NCBI GenBank assembly: GCA_910576815.1 | Contig: CAJTKA010000018.1 | Coordinates: 5,485-69,484 of the forward strand | DNA from: an uncultured Lachnospiraceae bacterium | GTDB taxonomy: Bacteria; Bacillota; Clostridia; Lachnospirales; Lachnospiraceae | Direction of reading: 5' to 3' | DNA: 64,000 bases | Shown: positions 60,375 to 64,000 of the stretch, piece after piece | Layout: each line of letters begins with the position of its first letter | Position numbering within the stretch: position 1 is the first letter of the stretch | Notes under the pieces: model-generated | What the model saw: only the letters and a program-made list of their open reading frames with translations | The model's database searches: none | What the model was told of the DNA's origin: nothing | Translations under genes and position numbers: made by a program

Positions 60375-61739
60375 ATGAGATACGACGTGATCATTGTCGG
60401 CGCGGGACCGGGCGGCATCTACTCGGCATACGAGCTGACAAAGAAGGAAACGGATTTGAAAATTGCGGTGATCGAGGCGGGGCACGCCTTGGAGAAACGG
60501 CACTGCCCGATCGACGGCGAAAAGGTGAAATCCTGCGTGGGCTGTCCGAGCTGTTCCATTATGAGCGGGTTTGGCGGCGCGGGCGCTTTTTCTGATGGGA
60601 AATACAATATTACAAATGATTTTGGGGGCACGCTTTACGAGTATGTGGGGAAGAAGCAGGCCCTGGAACTGATGCGCTATGTGGATGAGATCAATATGCG
60701 CTACGGCGGCGAGGGGACGAAGCTTTACTCCACGGCAGGGACGCATTTTAAGAAGCTTTGTCTGCAAAATAAGTTAAATCTCCTGGATGCTTCGGTGCGC
60801 CATTTAGGGACGGATATCAATTATATTGTGTTAGAAAATTTATACGCGGAATTAAAGGATAAGGTTGACTTTTACTTTGATACACCTGTAAAAACGGTGG
60901 AGAAGACAGCGGACGGATTTCGCGTGGTAACGGAAAAGGAAGCCTATGAATGTGACAAATGCGTCATATCTGTGGGGCGCAGCGGCAGCAAATGGATGGA
61001 AAAAGTGTGCGGCGAGCTGGATATCAAAACGAAGTCGAACCGTGTGGATATCGGCGTGCGGGTGGAGCTTCCGGCAGTTATTTTTTCTCATCTGACGGAT
61101 GAACTTTACGAGAGCAAGATCGTTTACCGCACGGAAAAATTTGAGGACAGTGTGCGCACATTCTGCATGAATCCGCACGGGATCGTGGTCAATGAAAATA
61201 CGAACGGTATCGTGACGGTGAACGGACACAGCTACGAGGGAGCAGAAAAACAGACGGACAATACAAACTTTGCGCTGCTGGTAGCGAAGCATTTTTCGGA
61301 GCCCTTTAAGGACAGCAACGGCTACGGTGAAAGCATTGCCAGACTTTCCAATATGCTGGGCGGCGGCGTGATCGTGCAGCGTTTCGGTGATCTGGTGCGC
61401 GGCAGACGCAGTAACGCAAAGCGCATCTCGGAAGGCATCATTGAGCCGACGCTTTCTGCTACGCCGGGAGACTTGAGTCTGGTATTGCCCAAGCGTATCT
61501 TGGACGGCATCATGGAAATGATCTATGCGCTTGATAAGATTGCGCCCGGCACTGCGAACGACGATACCCTGCTCTATGGCGTGGAAGTGAAATTCTACAA
61601 TATGGAAGTGGATATCGACGAGAACCTGGAAACGAAACACAAAGGACTTTACATCATCGGGGACGGCAGCGGGGTGACGCATTCCCTGTCCCATGCCTCC
61701 GCCAGCGGGGTGTATGTAGCAAGAAGGATATTAGGTTAG
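60375..61739 (+). CDS. NAD(P)/FAD-dependent oxidoreductase
   Basis: GAGPGG, GGAGAFSDGK, VRTFCMNP, IGDGSG. Confidence 0.85.
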   Translation: MRYDVIIVGAGPGGIYSAYELTKKETDLKIAVIEAGHALEKRHCPIDGEKVKSCVGCPSCSIMSGFGGAGAFSDGKYNITNDFGGTLYEYVGKKQALELMRYVDEINMRYGGEGTKLYSTAGTHFKKLCLQNKLNLLDASVRHLGTDINYIVLENLYAELKDKVDFYFDTPVKTVEKTADGFRVVTEKEAYECDKCVISVGRSGSKWMEKVCGELDIKTKSNRVDIGVRVELPAVIFSHLTDELYESKIVYRTEKFEDSVRTFCMNPHGIVVNENTNGIVTVNGHSYEGAEKQTDNTNFALLVAKHFSEPFKDSNGYGESIARLSNMLGGGVIVQRFGDLVRGRRSNAKRISEGIIEPTLSATPGDLSLVLPKRILDGIMEMIYALDKIAPGTANDDTLLYGVEVKFYNMEVDIDENLETKHKGLYIIGDGSGVTHSLSHASASGVYVARRILG

Positions 61740-61751
61740 GAGGGTATCAAT

Positions 61752-62627
61752 ATGATTTTAGGAGCTTTGGAAGCAGGCGGCACGAAGATGGTGTGCGCCA
61801 TCGGTAATGAAAACGGAGAGATCAGGGAGCAGATTTCGATTCCTACGGAAACGCCGGAGATCACGATCCCGAAACTTTTGGATTTTTTTACAGGAAAAGG
61901 CATTGAGGCGCTGGGCATCGGCTGCTTTGGGCCGATCGACGTGGACAGAAATTCCGTGACTTACGGATATATTACCACCACGCCGAAACTCGCCTGGCAG
62001 AATTTCAATATTGTAGGCGCGTTTCGTGAAAAACTGGGGGTACCCGTGGGTTTTGATACCGACGTGAACGGTTCCGCGCTGGGGGAATATACCTGGGGAA
62101 TCGCGAAAGGGCTGCATAGCTGTATCTATATCACGATCGGCACAGGTGTGGGCGTGGGTGTGATCGTGGACGGCAGACTCGTGCATGGCATGATGCACCC
62201 GGAAGGCGGTCATATTTTGCTGAACAAGCTCCCGCATGATACCTATGAGGGCTTTTGTCCTTTCCACAAAAACTGCATGGAAGGACTGGCGGCAGGTCCC
62301 GCCATCGAGGGCAGATGGGGAAAGAAAGCGATTGAACTGGCGGACAGAGCCGAAGTCTGGGAGATGGAGGCGGAGTACATCGCGCAGGCGCTGGTTGATT
62401 ATGTGATGCTCTTATCGCCCCAGCGCATTATTTTAGGCGGCGGCGTCATGCACCAGACGCAGCTCCTGCCTCTGGTGCGCGCGAAGTTTAAAGAGCAGTT
62501 AAACGGCTATATTAAAACAAAAGAATTAGAGAATCTTGAGAGTTATATTGTGGTGCAAAGTCTGGATGATAAACAGGGGATCATGGGGGCGTTGAAACTG
62601 GGGATGATGGAACTGGAAAGGGTTTAG
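61752..62627 (+). CDS. ROK family fructokinase
   Basis: EAGGTK, DTDVN, TIGTGVG, HPEGGH, CPFHKNCMEG. Confidence 0.88.
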   Translation: MILGALEAGGTKMVCAIGNENGEIREQISIPTETPEITIPKLLDFFTGKGIEALGIGCFGPIDVDRNSVTYGYITTTPKLAWQNFNIVGAFREKLGVPVGFDTDVNGSALGEYTWGIAKGLHSCIYITIGTGVGVGVIVDGRLVHGMMHPEGGHILLNKLPHDTYEGFCPFHKNCMEGLAAGPAIEGRWGKKAIELADRAEVWEMEAEYIAQALVDYVMLLSPQRIILGGGVMHQTQLLPLVRAKFKEQLNGYIKTKELENLESYIVVQSLDDKQGIMGALKLGMMELERV

Positions 62628-62666
62628 CATTTTAAAGCGGCGGAGATAAAAAAGAGGGATAAGGGA

Positions 62667-63587
62667 ATGTTTACTACTGTTTTTGGTAAAAAGATTTATT
62701 ATGAAATATATGGTGAGGAACACAGCGATACGTTACTGTATCTTCACGGCGGCCCGGGTGCAAGCTGCCTTGATTTTGTCAATCAGGCAAAAGCCCTGAG
62801 CAGACAAATAAGGATTATAATATTGGATCAGTTGGGCGTTCTTCGTTCGGATGCCATTGCAGAGGATGAAGATTACAGTATGGAATATCAAGTGGAAATG
62901 TTTGAGGAGATGCGCAAATCTTTTGGTATCGGGAAGTGGAGTATCCTCGGACATTCTTACGGCGGTATGCTTGCCGTTTTATATGCGCACTGTTATCCGG
63001 AATCCATCCATAAGGTGATTCTGGATTGTCCTTCCCTATGGTTTGAAGATTCTGCGAGATCAACAGCGGAATTTTTAAGCGGGCATATTGAAAGCCATAA
63101 TAATAATGCGGAAAGCGAACTTTGCCAAAAACTGAAAACAACGGATTATCAGGGCGGAAAAGAGTCCATTTGCGATCTGATGGAGCTGCTTAGTTGCTGC
63201 ACGGATATGCAGCTGCGAAATTATTTACATGGCATTTCCTTTGAAGAATATCAGGAGAGCATGGACACGAGTGAAATCACAAATGAAATGTGGGCAAAAG
63301 CAGAGCAGCATTTGAAGAAGCTGATGGAAAAGCCGTCTATCCCAAATGGGTCTTCCGAAAAAAGAGTAACCATGATGGATAATTTTTTACCAATGGTAAA
63401 AGAGATCACGCAGCCGATACTGCTGCTTAACGGGAAATTTGACCCTGCCTGTACGAAGCGCCAGATAGAATATATGTTGAGCAATGTGCAGGATATAAAG
63501 CAGACCGTTTTTGAGAATAGCGGGCACTTTCCAAGGATTGAGGAAGCGGAAAAATATACGGAGACTGTGCTTGCATTTCTTGCATAA
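62667..63587 (+). CDS. alpha/beta hydrolase (proline iminopeptidase-like)
   Basis: HGGPG, GHSYGG, C-terminal SGHFP. Confidence 0.85.
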   Translation: MFTTVFGKKIYYEIYGEEHSDTLLYLHGGPGASCLDFVNQAKALSRQIRIIILDQLGVLRSDAIAEDEDYSMEYQVEMFEEMRKSFGIGKWSILGHSYGGMLAVLYAHCYPESIHKVILDCPSLWFEDSARSTAEFLSGHIESHNNNAESELCQKLKTTDYQGGKESICDLMELLSCCTDMQLRNYLHGISFEEYQESMDTSEITNEMWAKAEQHLKKLMEKPSIPNGSSEKRVTMMDNFLPMVKEITQPILLLNGKFDPACTKRQIEYMLSNVQDIKQTVFENSGHFPRIEEAEKYTETVLAFLA

Positions 63588-63604
63588 TAGAATAGGGTAA
63601 TTGT

Positions 63605-63640
63605 AAAACCTCACAACGATTGCAAGGTTGTGAGGTTTCG
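63605..63640. terminator. bidirectional terminator hairpin
   Basis: AAACCTCACAAC...GTTGTGAGGTTT between convergent genes. Confidence 0.6.
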
Positions 63641-63655
63641 CAATTTTCTGGTAGT

Positions 63656-64000
63656 TTAGACAGCAAAATAATTCTGTAAATATTCGATCAGCACATCCGC
63701 CGCTCTGCGGTGGGAAAGCATTCCCGGGTGCTCATGCGAGCCGACCGTCTTCCTTGTGGTGTTCGGAAGCTGTAAGAAAAGGAGATTGTAGTCGCCTGTC
63801 TCTTTCGTGTAGCGGTTCATGGCATCCGTGATGGCAGGGGTCAGGTTATAGCCAAGCATACCGTAGCACCAGACAATATGTGCCTGCGGATTGTGTCTGC
63901 GCAGCATTTTAAGAAAGTCTACAATGGCATCTTTGAAGCGGTTTAAGTCGTCTTCATGGTAGGTGCCATCCGCGTTCTTGCGCTGCTTGAAGCTCTCGCC
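63656..64000 (-). CDS. SGNH/GDSL esterase C-terminal part (5' partial)
   Basis: frame open to window end; IVWCYGML, GSHEHPG block-V-like motif. Confidence 0.6.
   Translation of the reverse strand, partial: GESFKQRKNADGTYHEDDLNRFKDAIVDFLKMLRRHNPQAHIVWCYGMLGYNLTPAITDAMNRYTKETGDYNLLFLQLPNTTRKTVGSHEHPGMLSHRRAADVLIEYLQNYFAV

Noticed and set aside
1..64000. tRNA, rRNA, prophage or integrase genes
   Set aside because: None recognised by eye; tRNAscan or Rfam would be needed to exclude small RNAs.

Overview
Chromosomal window from a Clostridia-like (probably Lachnospiraceae) Firmicute; the taxon is inferred from gene content. Housekeeping blocks are a yaaO/gmk-like/yaaR/holB/yaaT/yabB/rsmI operon, an acpP-fabK-fabD-fabG-fabF-fabZ-fabX-like-fabH cluster with two FabT-type operators, and many transport and metabolic genes. 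They alternate with accessory pieces: an AT-rich double-glycine bacteriocin/C39 exporter locus, a MerR-controlled split ABC exporter, several two-component/ABC modules, a class D beta-lactamase-like lipoprotein fused to RCC1/BLIP-II-like repeats, aac(6'), and decayed HIT and HEPN genes. Four items stand out. (1) A complete IS110 element (40240-41815) sits exactly in the Shine-Dalgarno site of a DUF4956 gene. It has a reconstructable circle-junction promoter and a predicted bridge RNA whose target guides read as the AGGAGAAAAAAA ribosome-binding motif. (2) Two Rpn-family nuclease genes each carry an internal SD+ATG at the same position (candidate intragenic antitoxin) and a variable 54-bp tandem-repeat tail. 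(3) The bacteriocin-like core has a C2H2 zinc-finger-like residue pattern. (4) The beta-lactamase is fused to an inhibitor-like fold. All calls come from reading the sequence and ORF track; no database searches were run.
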